The translations under genes and the position numbers were made by a program. The notes under the pieces were generated by a model that saw only the letters and a list, made by a program, of their open reading frames with translations, was not told where the DNA came from and made no database searches. 64,000 nucleotides of DNA from an uncultured Verrucomicrobiae bacterium (GTDB lineage Bacteria; Verrucomicrobiota; Verrucomicrobiia; Limisphaerales; JAFGQR01): NCBI GenBank assembly GCA_963788655.1, contig CAWBHS010000058.1, positions 58,645 through 122,644 of the forward strand, given 5' to 3'. Of this stretch, positions 20,601 through 33,352 are shown one piece after another. Within the stretch, counting starts at the first letter, position 1. Every line of letters begins with the position of its first letter.

Positions 20601-23600
20601 AATCAACGAACCGCCCACGGTCCAGAGCGTCAATCCGTCGGCAGGCAACCTCGGCAGCCTGACCTCGATCCAGGTCGCGTTCAGCGAACCAGTCACTGGC
20701 GTGGACGCCGCCGATCTGCTGGTCAACGGCGTACCAGCTACGCAATTAATTGGTGCTGGCACGCTGTACGTTTTCAGTTTCCCTCAGCCGGACTACGGCC
20801 CGGTGGCAATCACCTGGGTCAGCGATCCGGGCATCATGGATACCGGTGTGCCCACCCTGGCGTTTGATCCCACCGGCGCAGGCGCAACGTGGAATTACAA
20901 TCTGATCGACAGCACCCCGCCCACGCTGATGGCGATTAGTCCATCCGCCGGTTCCAGCTTGACGAATCTGACCGCGGTGCAAGTCACGTTCAGCGAACCG
21001 GTGATGGGCGTAAACGCCAGCGACCTGCTGGTCAACGGCAATCCGGCCATCGGCTTGGGAGGATCGGACGCCAATTACACGTTCTCCTTCCCGCAACCGC
21101 TCTATGGCAACGTCAATTTCACCTGGGCCAGCGGCCACGGCATCGCGGATTCGTCCTCGAATCCTTTTGACGGCAACGCTCCGGGCGCGACCTGGCAATA
21201 CTACCTCGAGGCGCCGCGTACCGTCCTGGTGGCCACCAATGCCACCTATCGCCTGTTCGAGGGACTGTCCGAAGCGTCCGATCCGATGGACGCCTGGCGC
21301 GCGCCCGATTTTAATGATTCGTCCTGGACCGAGGCGCCCGGGCCGTTCTACTACGACTCCAGCGGCACGTATTACGGCAACACCCTGCTGGCCAACATGC
21401 CGGGGCAGTATTTGACCATCTACCTGCGCTATCCGTTCGTGGTGAATAATCCTGAAATCCTGACCAATCTCGTGTTCGTTTCCCGATCTGACGACGGCTT
21501 CGTGGCCTGGTTGAACGGGCAGGAAATCTTCCATTCGCCCACCGTGCCATACGAGGAAATTCCCTACACCTACCCGAACAGCATCTATGTGACGAGCGCC
21601 AACGAACCGTTGCCGTTCATCACCAACACCATTGCCGTGCCCTCCACGGTGTTGGTTCCGGGAACCAACTGGCTGACCATCCACGCCTGCAACACCAGCC
21701 TTAGCAGCAGCGATTTCATGATCGACTGCCAACTGTATGTGACCGCGCTCGATCCGTCGGTTTCGCCGCCGGTCATCAGTTCCGTCAGCCCACCCGCGGG
21801 CGACGTGTTCAATCTCAACTCGATAACGGTGCGGTTCTCGGAAGCAGTCGCCAACGTCAATGCGGCGGACTTGCTCATCAACGGCGTGGCGGCGACGGAC
21901 CTGACCGGCGCCGGCGACACTTGGACGTTTGACTTTCCGCAACCCGATTACGGGCCAGTCAGCGTCACCTGGGATGCCAACCAGGGCATCATGGACTTGG
22001 ATGATCCGCCCAAACCGTTTGATGGAACCGCTCCCGGCGCGACCTTCCAATATTCGTTGCTCAACCCGAACGCGCCGACGGTGCTCGGTCAGAATCCGCT
22101 GGCCGGCGCCACCATCAACAACTTGACGCAAGTACAGGTCACCTTCAGCAAGGCGGTCCAGGGTGTGGATGCGGCGGATCTATTGGTGAATGGGGTGGCC
22201 GCGACGTCGGTCACTGGCACTGGCGGCGCACGGACCTTCACGTTGGCGCAACCGGCGTACGGTTTGGTGACCGTCACGTGGGCCGCCAATCACAACATCA
22301 CCGATACGGAGAGCCCGACCAATCCCTTCGACGCCTCGCGGCCGGGCGCCACGTGGCAGTACACGTTGATTGACCAAACGCCGCCAACGATAGTTTCCCA
22401 AACTCCCGCCGCCGGCACTTCCGTGACCAACCTGACGGAATTGAGCGTCACCTTCAGCGAATCCGTGATGGGCGTAAACGCGAGCGATCTGCGCATCAAT
22501 GGTTCACCCGCCACGGGGGTGGATGGTTCAGGCGCGCAATACACGTTCACTTTCCCGCAGCCCAACGCCACCATCGTCAACATTACCTGGGCGCCCGCCC
22601 ATGGCATCACCGACCTGGCCGAGGTGCCGAACCTGTTCGATGGGACTGCTCCCGGCTCGACGTGGGTTTATTACACGCCGGACAATGTGGCGCCCACCGC
22701 GGCCAGCATTGATCCGCCGCCGGGTGCTACCATTCGGTCGCTCTCACAAATCTCGGTGTTGTTCACCGAATCGGTCAGCGGAGTCGATGCCAGCGATCTA
22801 TTGATCAACGATGAACCGGCGCCCAGCGTCGTGGGCAACGGCGCGGGTCCCTACGTTTTCCAATTTGCCCCGCCGCCCACGGGCGAGGTCCACGTCGCCT
22901 GGGCTTCGGCGCACGGGATCCGCGATTCGGCTCAGCCGCCCAACCCGTTTACCGGAGGTGCCTGGGGGTACAACTTCAATCCCAACGCCCGGTTTGAAGG
23001 CTCCGTCGTCTTCAACGAAATCATGTATTCGCCCTATTCTACAGAAGACGCCGACGAATGGATCGAGCTTTACAACACCACTGCCGACACCATCAACCTG
23101 AGCGGTTGGCGTTTCAGCCGCGGCGTGACGTTCACCTTCCCGAACGTCTCCGTGCCGCCGCACGGCTATCTGGTCGTGTGCGCCAGCCTCGCGGCCTTCC
23201 AGGCGAAACATCCGAGCGTAGCCAACGTGGTCGGTGATTGGGTGGGCCGCTTGAGCAACATCGATGAGAGCCTCGAACTGAAAGACGCCAACGGCAACGT
23301 CGTCAGCCAGATTCATTATGCCGACGAAGGCGATTGGGCGACGCGCGTCAGTGGTGATGGCCTCATGACGGTTCACCAGTTGACCAGCAGCGGCACGACG
23401 GCGCGCGCCACGGCTTTGGGCATCTACCAAAATGGCGATCAGATGACCATTTCCGGTGCCGATCAGCCGGAATACAACGGGACGTATTCCATCTCCGGCG
23501 TCTCGTGGAACGGCCGGGCACCAGTCACCTCCTTCACCTACAACATGCCCAGTCCCGCTTCGTCACCGGCCACCGGCTATATCGTTTGCCGCCAGGAAAC

Positions 23601-26600
23601 CGATCTGGGAGTGCGCGGCTGGTCGTGGGCTTCTTTGGCGGACGGCTTCGGGCGCTCGATAGAATTGTGCAATCCGGAGTTGGTGACAGGCAATGGGCAA
23701 AACTGGCAGCCGAGCCTGACGCCCGAGGGCACCCCGGGACAGCCCAACACCGTGCTCACCAATGACGTCGCACCGATCATTTCCGACGTGTTGCACTCGC
23801 CGTCCGTGCCCAAGCCGGCGGATACGGTGTTTGTGACCGCCCACGTGCTGGACGAGGATAGCATCGGCCTGACGGTGGACTTGTTCTATCGCAATGCCAG
23901 CACCACTTCACCAGGCGCCTTCACCCGCGTGGACATGTTCGATGACGGTCTGCACGGCGACGGCCAGGCCAAGGACGGTCTTTACCGCAGTTCCGTGCCG
24001 GCCCAGGGCAACGCGACGATCATCGAGTTTTACGTGCGGGCCACCGACGTGAACAACAATGTCCGCACCTGGCCCGCTCCCGCGCTGATGGCCGATGGTT
24101 CCTGGACGCAGGAGGCGAACGCCCTGTATCAAGTCGATGACGATCTGGCGCCAGCTAGCCCCGCCAACGCCACGCAACCGTTCTATCGCATCATCATGAC
24201 CGAAACCGAGCGGCGGCGCTTTGACAACATCAACCGCGAAAGCGACGCCTGCATGAACGCCACTTGGGTGACTTACGATGTCGATGGCTATCAAGTTCGT
24301 TATAACGCGGACGTGCGCATCCGTGGCGCCGGATCGCGCGGTCGTCCCGTCCCAAACAACCGCGTCAATATTCCCTCCGATCGCCGGTGGAAAGGCCAGC
24401 GTGAAATCAACCTCAACACCCAGTATATCCATGCCCAGTTGGCCGGCAGTTCCCTGTCCGCCAAGGCGGGCATGCCCGCGGCCCGCGGCCGCGTCGTCCA
24501 AGTCCGCTTCAACGGTTCGAATCGGGCGAGCAGCTTGCCGGCGGGCCAGAGCGGAAGCGGCGACGGCTTTGGCAGTTACTACCATTTTGAAGCCTTCAAT
24601 GGAGATTGGGCGCAAAATCTCTTTCCGCTGAACAGCGGGGGCAATATCTATCGCGGCTCCAAGTATCCGTGGAACGCCAACCTTGATTACCTCCTGGGCT
24701 CGACGCCTCGTCACCAACACCGGCCTCGATTTTGTCAACTACGTCAACCACGGTTACAGCAAAGCCTCCAACCACGGGGAGAACGATTGGACCGATCTGT
24801 ACCGCCTCACCTGGGCGCTGACGATGATTCCCAATGACGCAGACTACGTCCAGGCAGTCAGCACCAACATGAATCTCGAACTGAGCATGCGCTTCTTCGC
24901 CCTCTGCAACGCCATCGACTACCGCGAAACCTCACTCTGCATTGGCGTTGGCGATGACTACGCCATGTACCGCGGCACTACCGATCCGCGCTTTACTTTC
25001 CTGCCGCACGACTTCGACACCATCATGGGACAAGGGGACACCAGCGGTTCGACCAGTCGCTCGATTTGGACCATGGTGGATAGTCCCTCGACCACCGATC
25101 CCAGTCAGCGGGCCAACTTCCTGGCGCGTTTCATGCGCCATCCGAAGTTTGCGCCGATCTATTTCCGCGAACTCAAACGCCTGTGCGACACGGTGCTCCT
25201 GCCGGAGGAATTCAATCCGCTGCTCGACGAAACGCTTGGCGGTTGGGTGCCGGAGAATACGCGCACTTCCATGAAGAACTTCATGGCGCAACGCCGCGCA
25301 TCGATTTTGTCGCAACTGCCGCTGACCTACACGGTGAACGTGCCGCTCAGCCAATCCAGCGGTTACTATCGCAGCACCAGCGCCACAGCCACCCTCAACG
25401 GCACGGCCAACGCCCTCGACACCGCCACAATTCTGGTCAACGGCGTCAACGCCAATTACACGGTGTGGCAAGGCACTTGGACCAGCAGTGTCGCCCTGCA
25501 ACCGGGCGTCAACCGCGTCGTGGTTCAATGCCTCGATACCAATGGCGTGCCAACGTACGCGCAATCGGTCGAAATCTGGTATGACACGGGCCTCGGCACT
25601 CCCGTCTCCGGCAGCATCGCCGCCAGCACCGGTTGGTCGGCGGCCAGTGGTCCGTATCATTTGACCGGCAACCTGACGATCAATTCCGGCGCCACGCTCA
25701 CCATTCAGCCCGGCACGACGCTCTATCTCGATTCCGGCGTCAACCTCACCGTGGCCAACGGCGGGCGCCTCGTAGCCGAAGGCACGGAACTGGCACCGAT
25801 CCATTTCATGCGGCCGCCGGGCACCTCGGGGAGTTGGGGTGGAATGACGATCAACGGCGGGGCCAGTTCGCCCGAAACTCGCATTGCCTACGCGCATTTC
25901 CAAGGCAACGGCTCGACCGCCATTCATTCTTCGGGTGGCACCGTCTTCCTGGATCATCTGACGTTCGGCTCGACCGGCCACCAATACGTCTCGTTGGATG
26001 GTTCGTCGTTCGTCGTCAGCAACTGCGAGTTCCCCACCCCGACCGGTTCATTCGAACCCGTCCATGGCACCGGCGGCATCAAGAGCGGCGGCCGGGGCAT
26101 CTTCCTGCGTAACTTCTTTGGCGCGGCGAACGGCTACAATGACGTGGTCGATTTCACCGGCGGCAATCGGCCCAGCCCCATCGTGCAGTTCATCAATAAT
26201 GTCTTCATTGGCAGCGGGGATGACCATCTGGATCTCGACAGCACCGACGCCTGGATCGAGGGCAACATCTTCATGCATGCCCACAAGAACGGTTCGCCCG
26301 ACACCGCCAGCGCCGTCAGTGGCGGCAACGACGACGGACAGGCTTCCGAGATTACGATCATTGGCAACATCATTTACGACTGCGACCAGGCTGCGATGGC
26401 CAAGCAAGGTGATTTTTACACGCTGATCAACAACACCATCGTTCACCAAACCCACCAAGGCGGTCTGGATACGGAAGGCGCCGTCGTCTGCGTAGCCGAC
26501 GACGGTACCGCGCAAGCCGCGGGGATGTATCTCGAGGGGAACATCCTGTACGACGTGGAACAACTGGTGCGCAACCAAACCACCGCCGTGGTGACGTTCA

Positions 26601-29600
26601 CCAACAACTTGATGCCACTGCCGTGGGCCGGCCCCGGCGGCGACAATTCAAGCGCCGATCCGAGGTTGCAATACATCCCGCAAGTGGCGGAGACGACCTT
26701 CACCAACTGGGCCTCGGCGCAAGTGCTGTGGGATTGGTTCCGCCTGCGCCCCGGCTCTCCCGCCGCCGGCACCGGCCCCAACGGTCAGGACAAAGGTGTG
26801 CCGCTGCACCTGACCAGCAACTCAATCCTTCAGCCGCTCCTCGGCGTGTCGATTGCCGGCGCACCCGTCGGCAGCACCCCGCAAACCAGTGCCACGTTGA
26901 CGATTGGTGTGAACCGCATCGGCAGCGGCCTTTCCGCAACGGGTTGGCCCGACGGCTCCGGTTACACCCATTACCGCTGGCGCTTGGATGGTGCCGTCTG
27001 GAGTGCGGAGACGCCATTGGCCACGCCCATTTCGCTGACCGGCCTGCCCAACGGGCCCCACTATGTTGAAGTGATTGGCATGAACGACGCAGACTCGTAT
27101 CAAAACGACGAAGTCCTGGGCCCGGACGCTGGGATCACCCGCACGCCGACTTGGATCGTGAGTCCGGCGGCCTCGGATGTTCGGCTGAATGAAATCCTGG
27201 CGCGGAACGACTCGGCGGTGCCCGTTGAAGGACGGTTCCCCGACTTGATCGAACTCTACAACGCCGGATCGGCTCCGGTGGACCTCACGGGAATGGGCCT
27301 CACCGACCAACGTGGAACACCGGACAAATTCCTCTTCCCGGCGGGAACCATTCTGGCCGCGCACGAATACCTGGTGCTGTATGCCGACAACGAAACCACC
27401 CCGGCGGGATTGCACCTCGGGTTCGCGCTCAACGCGGACGGCGACGACGTTTCCCTGTTCGGAACGAACGGTGTCTTGCTGGACTCCGTCGCCTTTGGCG
27501 CGCAATTGGCGGACCGCTCGATTGGCCGGCTGGCGGATGGACAATGGGCGTTGGGTCAACCCACTTTCGGTTCGGTCAATGTGCCGGTCGAGGTCGGCGA
27601 CGAACACGCGCTCCAGATCAACGAATGGCTCGCGAGCAGTCCGCTGTTCGGCTACGACTTCATTGAACTCTACAATCCGGGTGCGCTGCCCGTTTCGCTG
27701 GGTGGACTGTTCTTGACGGACAATCCGATTGACTGGCCCGACCGCCATGCCATTGCGGACCTCACGTTCATTCCGGCCTACGGCTACCGCGTGTTCATCG
27801 CGGACGGCCAACCGGGCAGCGGTCCCGATCATCTCAACTTCGCGTTGTCCGCGGACCTGGGCACCATTGCCTTGTTCGATACGTCGCTCGGGTTGATTGA
27901 CTGCGTGTATTATCCGCCGCAACAGGCGGACATTTCGCAAGGCCGCTCGCCGAATGGCGGAATGAACATCGTCACGTTCTCTCAACCAACGCCGGGCTCC
28001 GCCAATCCTGGTCCGACGTTCGAACTCGGCTTCGGCCTCGCGCTGAACGAACTCATGGCCAACAACAGCAGTTACACCGATGCCGATGGCACCATCACCG
28101 ATTGGGTCGAACTCTACAACGGCACCAACGTCACAACCTCGCTCGCCGGCATGAGCCTGAGTGACAATCTGGCCGATCCGCGACGCTGGGAATTCCCGGC
28201 CGGTGTCTCGATCCCTCCTTTCAGTTACTTGAAGATCCGGTGCGAAGGCAGCCTGCCCGCCTCGACCAACAATGAAGCCTTGCTCAATACCGGCTTCGGC
28301 CTCAAGGCCAGCGGCGGCGGCCTGTATCTCTTTGACACACTGGCCAACGGCGTCGGTCTGCTGAGCGGAATTACCTACGGTCTGCAGGCGGTTGATTTCA
28401 CCATCGGTCGCGTGCCGGATGGTTCGACCAATTGGACCCTCACGCTACCCACGCCCACCACCGCCAACATCGCCGCCAGCTTGGGCTCGCCGGCGCTGGT
28501 GCAGATCAACGAGTGGATGGCCGAACCCACTTCCGGTGCCGATTGGTTCGAACTCTACAATCCAAGCGGCCAACCGGTCGCCTTGGGCGGCATGTATCTG
28601 ACCGACAATCTGACGCAGCCGACGAAGTCCCGCATTCCGGCGTTCTCCTACCTCGGGGCTGGGACCAACGGGTGGCAGAAATTCGTTGCCGACAGCGATC
28701 CCGCCGCCGGCGCCGATCATGTCGATTTCAAGATGAACGGCGACGAAGGCGAAGAACTGGGATTGATTACCGCGGCGGGCGTGTGGATTGATGCCGTGCA
28801 ATACCTGCCCCAACTTCCCGGCGTCTCGGAAGGTTCCTTCCCCGACGGCAGCGACACCATCGTCCGCTTCCCCGGCACCGATTCGCCCGGCGAATCCAAT
28901 TACCGCTGGTTGACGGACGTGGTGATCAACGAAGTGATGACCCACACGCCCATCGGCTCGCCCTTCGAGGATGCCATCGAATTGCACAACGTCACTGACG
29001 CTTCGGTGGACATCAGCAGTTGGTGGCTCAGCGATTCCCGGAACTTCCTGCAAAAGTTCCGCATCCCCGACGGCACGATACTTCCCGCCCAGGGTTACCA
29101 GGTCTTTTATGAAAACCAGTTCAACTTTGATCCAATCAATGATCCGGAGCGCAGCTTTGCCTTGAGCGGCGCGCACGGGGATGATGTGATATTGTCATCC
29201 GCCGACGCCACCGGCGAGTTGGATGGTTACCGGACCCGCCAGAAATTCGGAGCCGCCAGTGCCGGGGTGTCCTTGGGCCGCTACGTGGACAGCCTGGGGC
29301 AACCGCAGTTCGTGGCGTTAAACGCCCGGACCTTTGGGGCGGATGATCCGGCCACGGTCGAAGAATTCCGGATGGGCACCGGCGAATCGAACGCGTATCC
29401 GCTGGTCGGTCCCATCGTGATCAGCGAAATCATGTTCAATCCACCGCGGCTGGGTACGAACGACAACGTCCGCGACGAGTATATCGAACTGTACAACTCC
29501 AGCATGGTACCGGTGCCCTTGTATGATTCGATTTATCCTACCAACACCTGGAGCTTCCGCGACGGAGTGGATTTCACCTTCCCCACCAACATGTCAATCG

Positions 29601-30355
29601 CCTCGGGCGACTTCGTGTTGGTCGTGAGCTTTGATCCGGTCACTGACCCCGATTCGCTGGCGGCCTTCCGCGCCACGTATCAATTGAATGCCAGCGCCAC
29701 CATTGTCGGCCCCTACAGCGGCAAATTGAACAATGACGGCGAGAAGCTTGGCCTCTACAAACCGGACGTGCCCGTGAACGAAACCAACCAGGACGACAGC
29801 GTTACCGTGTTTGTGCCCTCGGTGCTGGTCGAACAGGTCGATTATCTGCCCGGTTTGCCGTGGCCGATTGGCGCCAGCGGGACGAGCAACTCGTTGCAGC
29901 GCGTGAGTGCCGCGGAGTTTGGGAATGATCCCGCGAACTGGATCGTCGGCGCGCCCAATCCCGGACCGCAAGCCGTCGTGCTCGACAGCGATGGCGACGG
30001 CATGCCCGACGCGTGGGAAGACGCCAACGGACTGAAGGCGAATGATCCCACCGACGCCTCGGAAGACCCCGATGGTGACGGCCTGACCAACCTGGAAGAA
30101 TACCGGGCGGGGACCAATCCGCACGACGGCACCAGCAGCCTCGCCGTGACGATCACCACCAGCGGCGGCATGGAACTAAGCTTTGTGGCGGTCGCGGACC
30201 ATTCCTACACGGTGGAATACCGGGATTCGTTGAGCGAAGGAACCTGGTTGCCACTCGAACTCGTGCCGGCCCTCAGCACTCCGGCCACCCGCGTGGTCAA
30301 CGTGTCCGATCCGGAATTCTCGGCCACCCGGTTCTACCGCATCCGCACGCCGTAA
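17698..30355 (+). CDS. Giant secreted protein with LamG, Ig repeats, CotH kinase, beta-helix and multiple lamin-tail domains, ~4,200 aa; one frameshift near 24700
   Basis: ORFs 17359-24837 (likely ATG 17698, signal peptide) and 24683-30355 join near 24700. LamG (FTIETW...WNHAAVTFDG...LDEVRIWN), Ig repeats, LTDs (NEIM...EWIELYN), CotH motifs RIRGAGSR, INLN, GDDYAMY, PHDFD; right-handed beta-helix (GDDHLDLD...IEGNIF); TSP3-like DSDGDGMPDAWE; C-terminal TRFYRIRTP. Confidence 0.85.
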
Positions 30356-30499
30356 ACCGGGGTGCGCGCCAACACCAACGTGCCACGCGAATGCTCGCGT
30401 TGGACCACCGTCACGAGACGTTCAAAGACTGGTCCGCCCGAGGCTTGCTTATTGCCGATATTACCGGATTGGTTTCCGGCAGACGCTGAGATTGCTTTG

Positions 30500-31105
30500 C
30501 TAGCGAAGACTCCGCGTGCGATCCGAACGTCCGTAACGGACCAGCACCCACGCGGACGTCGCGCCGGCCAGAAAGCCGCAAACATGACCGGCCCAGGAAA
30601 TCCCGGGTTGCGCCGGCAGCAATCCCCACATCATCCCGCCATACAGAATGCCCACGATTAATCCACTCAGAATGGACACGGGATTAAAATCGATGAGGCC
30701 CCGCACCATCAGGAAACCGAAATAACCGAAGATCAAGCCACTGGCACCGATGTGAACCGTATGCGCCGTTCCGATCAACCAAGTGCCCAGACCGCCCAGG
30801 AGAACGATAACCACGCTGACCTCGAGGAACTCTTTGATCCCCCGCAGCATCACGAACCAGCTCAAAACCAGAAGCGCCGTGGTGTTCGCCGCGAGGTGCT
30901 CCCAGTTGCCATGCAGGAAAGGCATGAACAATATCCCCCCCAGTCCCCGAAGTTCGCGCGGGCGCACTCCGTAAACATCCAGTCTCCCGCCGAGCAGCCA
31001 GTCCACGGCCTCGATGCCCCACAGGAGCACCAGGATCAGCGCCAATACGGTCAATCGCTGTGGGATCGTTGAACGTCTCTTCAATTCGACTTGATCGGAA
31101 TCCAT
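30500..31105 (-). CDS. Rhomboid-family intramembrane serine protease
   Basis: PFLHGNWEHLAAN, HIGASG (catalytic Ser), ISWAGHVCG (catalytic His); multiple TM helices. Confidence 0.9.
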   Translation of the reverse strand: MDSDQVELKRRSTIPQRLTVLALILVLLWGIEAVDWLLGGRLDVYGVRPRELRGLGGILFMPFLHGNWEHLAANTTALLVLSWFVMLRGIKEFLEVSVVIVLLGGLGTWLIGTAHTVHIGASGLIFGYFGFLMVRGLIDFNPVSILSGLIVGILYGGMMWGLLPAQPGISWAGHVCGFLAGATSAWVLVRYGRSDRTRSLR

Positions 31106-31191
31106 GTTGATCCGGTTACCAGATTGGACGAGCGCAGAGCCGGATTACCGCCCCGTCCATCGCCAGGATCGTTCCTCGGCCGGATGGATGT

Positions 31192-31806
31192 CTATTTAAG
31201 ATGAATCTCCGGATCATCCTCGTAGGCGGAGTCGAGGTGGCAAAGCAGGTGGAGCACGAGCGCGAAGATTTGGAAGAGGGATTTGAGTCGTTCCACGTCT
31301 TTGATGACCCCGACTACGCGAAAATAAAGCTCGTCCACCCCTGCCGGAAACTCAGCGCCGAACCATCCTTCATCGTCTTTGACTTCGAGGTGAAAATCGG
31401 GCTGCGCGGCAATCATTCCCCGCAACGTTTCGTGCGCACACAGGCTTCTCACCTTGGCGGGATCGTTGCCCTGGATAATGAAGGGTTCATCGAACGCCGG
31501 ATATCCCACGCGGATGTCCTCCATTCCCATCATCTTCCCGAGTCCGCTAAAGATGCTCTTGCGATAAATGCGAAATCGAAAGCCATCCTTGTTATAATAG
31601 GGAGCCCGGAGTCGGGTGTAGGTGGTGCTGCTCTTACCGGTGGAAACCGTGTACGTGTCGAGCGTAATGGTCCAGTCCTTCACCTTGATCATCACCTTGG
31701 AACCCCGCCAGAATCCGCCATCGACATATTGCGCACCCGTCTCCACGCAAAGACGCCGCCATATTTCTTCCCGGCTGGGACCAAACAATTGTCGCAGAAA
31801 GCCCAT
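31192..31806 (-). CDS. Conserved hypothetical protein (DUF3137-like)
   Basis: MGFLRQLFGPSREEIW...WTITLDTYTVSTGKS..YTRLRAP...QDI-like MEDIRVG..FDEPFIIQGND; coding-like composition. Confidence 0.65.
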   Translation of the reverse strand: MGFLRQLFGPSREEIWRRLCVETGAQYVDGGFWRGSKVMIKVKDWTITLDTYTVSTGKSSTTYTRLRAPYYNKDGFRFRIYRKSIFSGLGKMMGMEDIRVGYPAFDEPFIIQGNDPAKVRSLCAHETLRGMIAAQPDFHLEVKDDEGWFGAEFPAGVDELYFRVVGVIKDVERLKSLFQIFALVLHLLCHLDSAYEDDPEIHLK

Positions 31807-31854
31807 GCGCCCAAGGGTGCCCGAATCAGGAAGGGCAAGCAATCCTCGCCATTC

Positions 31855-31880
31855 ACCAATGGGACCAATGGGACCAATGG
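31855..31880. repeat. 9-bp tandem repeat ACCAATGGG x~3
   Basis: ACCAATGGGACCAATGGGACCAATGG directly visible upstream of the 31806 start. Confidence 0.6.
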
Positions 31881-32072
31881 TAATTGATAGCCAAATACCC
31901 TCAACCGCATCTCCACGGTAATATCGCCGGTTTCATCAGCAGCACCTTCTGAAGGAAACCGATCGTAGAACTTTTTTGATCGTCAAATGCACGCTTTTCT
32001 TTTTTACCATCCCTGGTCAGACTTTTGACCCAAGATCATGATGTCAACATCAGTGACCTGCCTTAAAAAGAA

Positions 32073-33089
32073 ATGAAGTCTATGAGTTTATCGACCGCCA
32101 TCATTCGCTTTCTACGCCATACGGGACCGCTGCTTGTGCTGTGCGGCATGGTTCTCATTGCATCTAAAGCAACCGTAGTTTTCAGCCAAATGGCCAGCCC
32201 CGAATTCCGCAAGCCAGCGACGGAAGCCGAGCTGCGCTATTGGTTGGACAACATGGTGCGCTATCATCGCTTCAGCGTAGCGGAGGTCTCGGCCGCCACC
32301 GGCTTAACGGCGGTCGAGGTCACCGCCGCGTTGACGAAATTCCACTTGGTGGATGCGCGTCCGGCCCAACGCCAACCTGGCGATCCGTTGCGCGTGCTGC
32401 CGTATCCCGGCGGACGCCATCCGCGCATTGGTTTTCTCGAAGGGGCCATCAATCCACAGCGCGAGACCAAGTTCAGCGTGTTTACCCCGTGGGATGACGC
32501 CAGCTATGTGGTCGTGGATGTGCCCGAAGCCATCTTCTCGAATCTCGGCTTGACCTACCTGGCCCATACGCACATTCCCACCATCTGGACCGAACGGCAG
32601 ATCAAACTGCCCCGGCTCGAGTGGAATCGACATCCCGACGGCACCCTGGAGACGGAACGGACGTTGCCCAATGGCATCGCCTTTGGCGCGAAAGTGGTCC
32701 CCGCGACCGACGCCGTGCGGATGGAACTTTGGCTGCGCAACGGCACTCCGAAAAAGCTGACGGGACTGCGCGTGCAGAATTGTATCATGCTCAAGTCCGC
32801 CGCCGGCTTTAATCAGCAGACCAATGCGAACAAGGTCTTTGCCAAGCCCTGGGCCGCGGTGCGTTCCGGGGATGGCAAGCGCTGGATCCTTACCGCCTGG
32901 GTGCCGTGCCAGCGAACCTGGGCCAACGAACAAGTGCCCTGCCTGCACTCGGATCCCCAATTCGCCGACTGTGATCCCGGCCAAACAGTGCGGGTGCGCG
33001 GTTGGTTATCGTTCTACGAGGGCACGGACGTTCAGGCTGAATTCAGGCGGATTGACGCGACCGGATGGGCGTCGTCCCCCCTTGAGTGA
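32073..33089 (+). CDS. Secreted hypothetical protein
   Basis: 338-aa ORF with N-terminal hydrophobic segment and conserved-looking motifs (LPYPGGRHPRIGFLEGA, YLAHTHIPTIW, PCLHSDP). Confidence 0.7.
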   Translation: MKSMSLSTAIIRFLRHTGPLLVLCGMVLIASKATVVFSQMASPEFRKPATEAELRYWLDNMVRYHRFSVAEVSAATGLTAVEVTAALTKFHLVDARPAQRQPGDPLRVLPYPGGRHPRIGFLEGAINPQRETKFSVFTPWDDASYVVVDVPEAIFSNLGLTYLAHTHIPTIWTERQIKLPRLEWNRHPDGTLETERTLPNGIAFGAKVVPATDAVRMELWLRNGTPKKLTGLRVQNCIMLKSAAGFNQQTNANKVFAKPWAAVRSGDGKRWILTAWVPCQRTWANEQVPCLHSDPQFADCDPGQTVRVRGWLSFYEGTDVQAEFRRIDATGWASSPLE

Positions 33090-33352
33090 TTTCCACCATC
33101 GCTACGTATCCTGCCAGACGGCCATTTTCATCACCGTTGATTCGCGCTGTTGAACCGCGATTCTGCAAGCCGCACCGATTCATACTGTTTGGGCCATTTC
33201 ACCCCTTCACCCCATTAATGGGCTCCCACACAATTGGGCTTGCCAACGACTACCGAATGCAAAAGATAAGTCACGTTTAACGGCAAATCGGCCGGCACCG
33301 GTCCCTGGTTGGACCCAACAAAACAAAACATCAAACCGCAAAGGAAAGGCGT

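Noticed and set aside
30500..31105. Rhomboid as a rhombosortase processing the adjacent giant protein
   Set aside because: Convergent orientation, and the giant's C-terminus has no GlyGly-TM-basic tail for an intramembrane protease.
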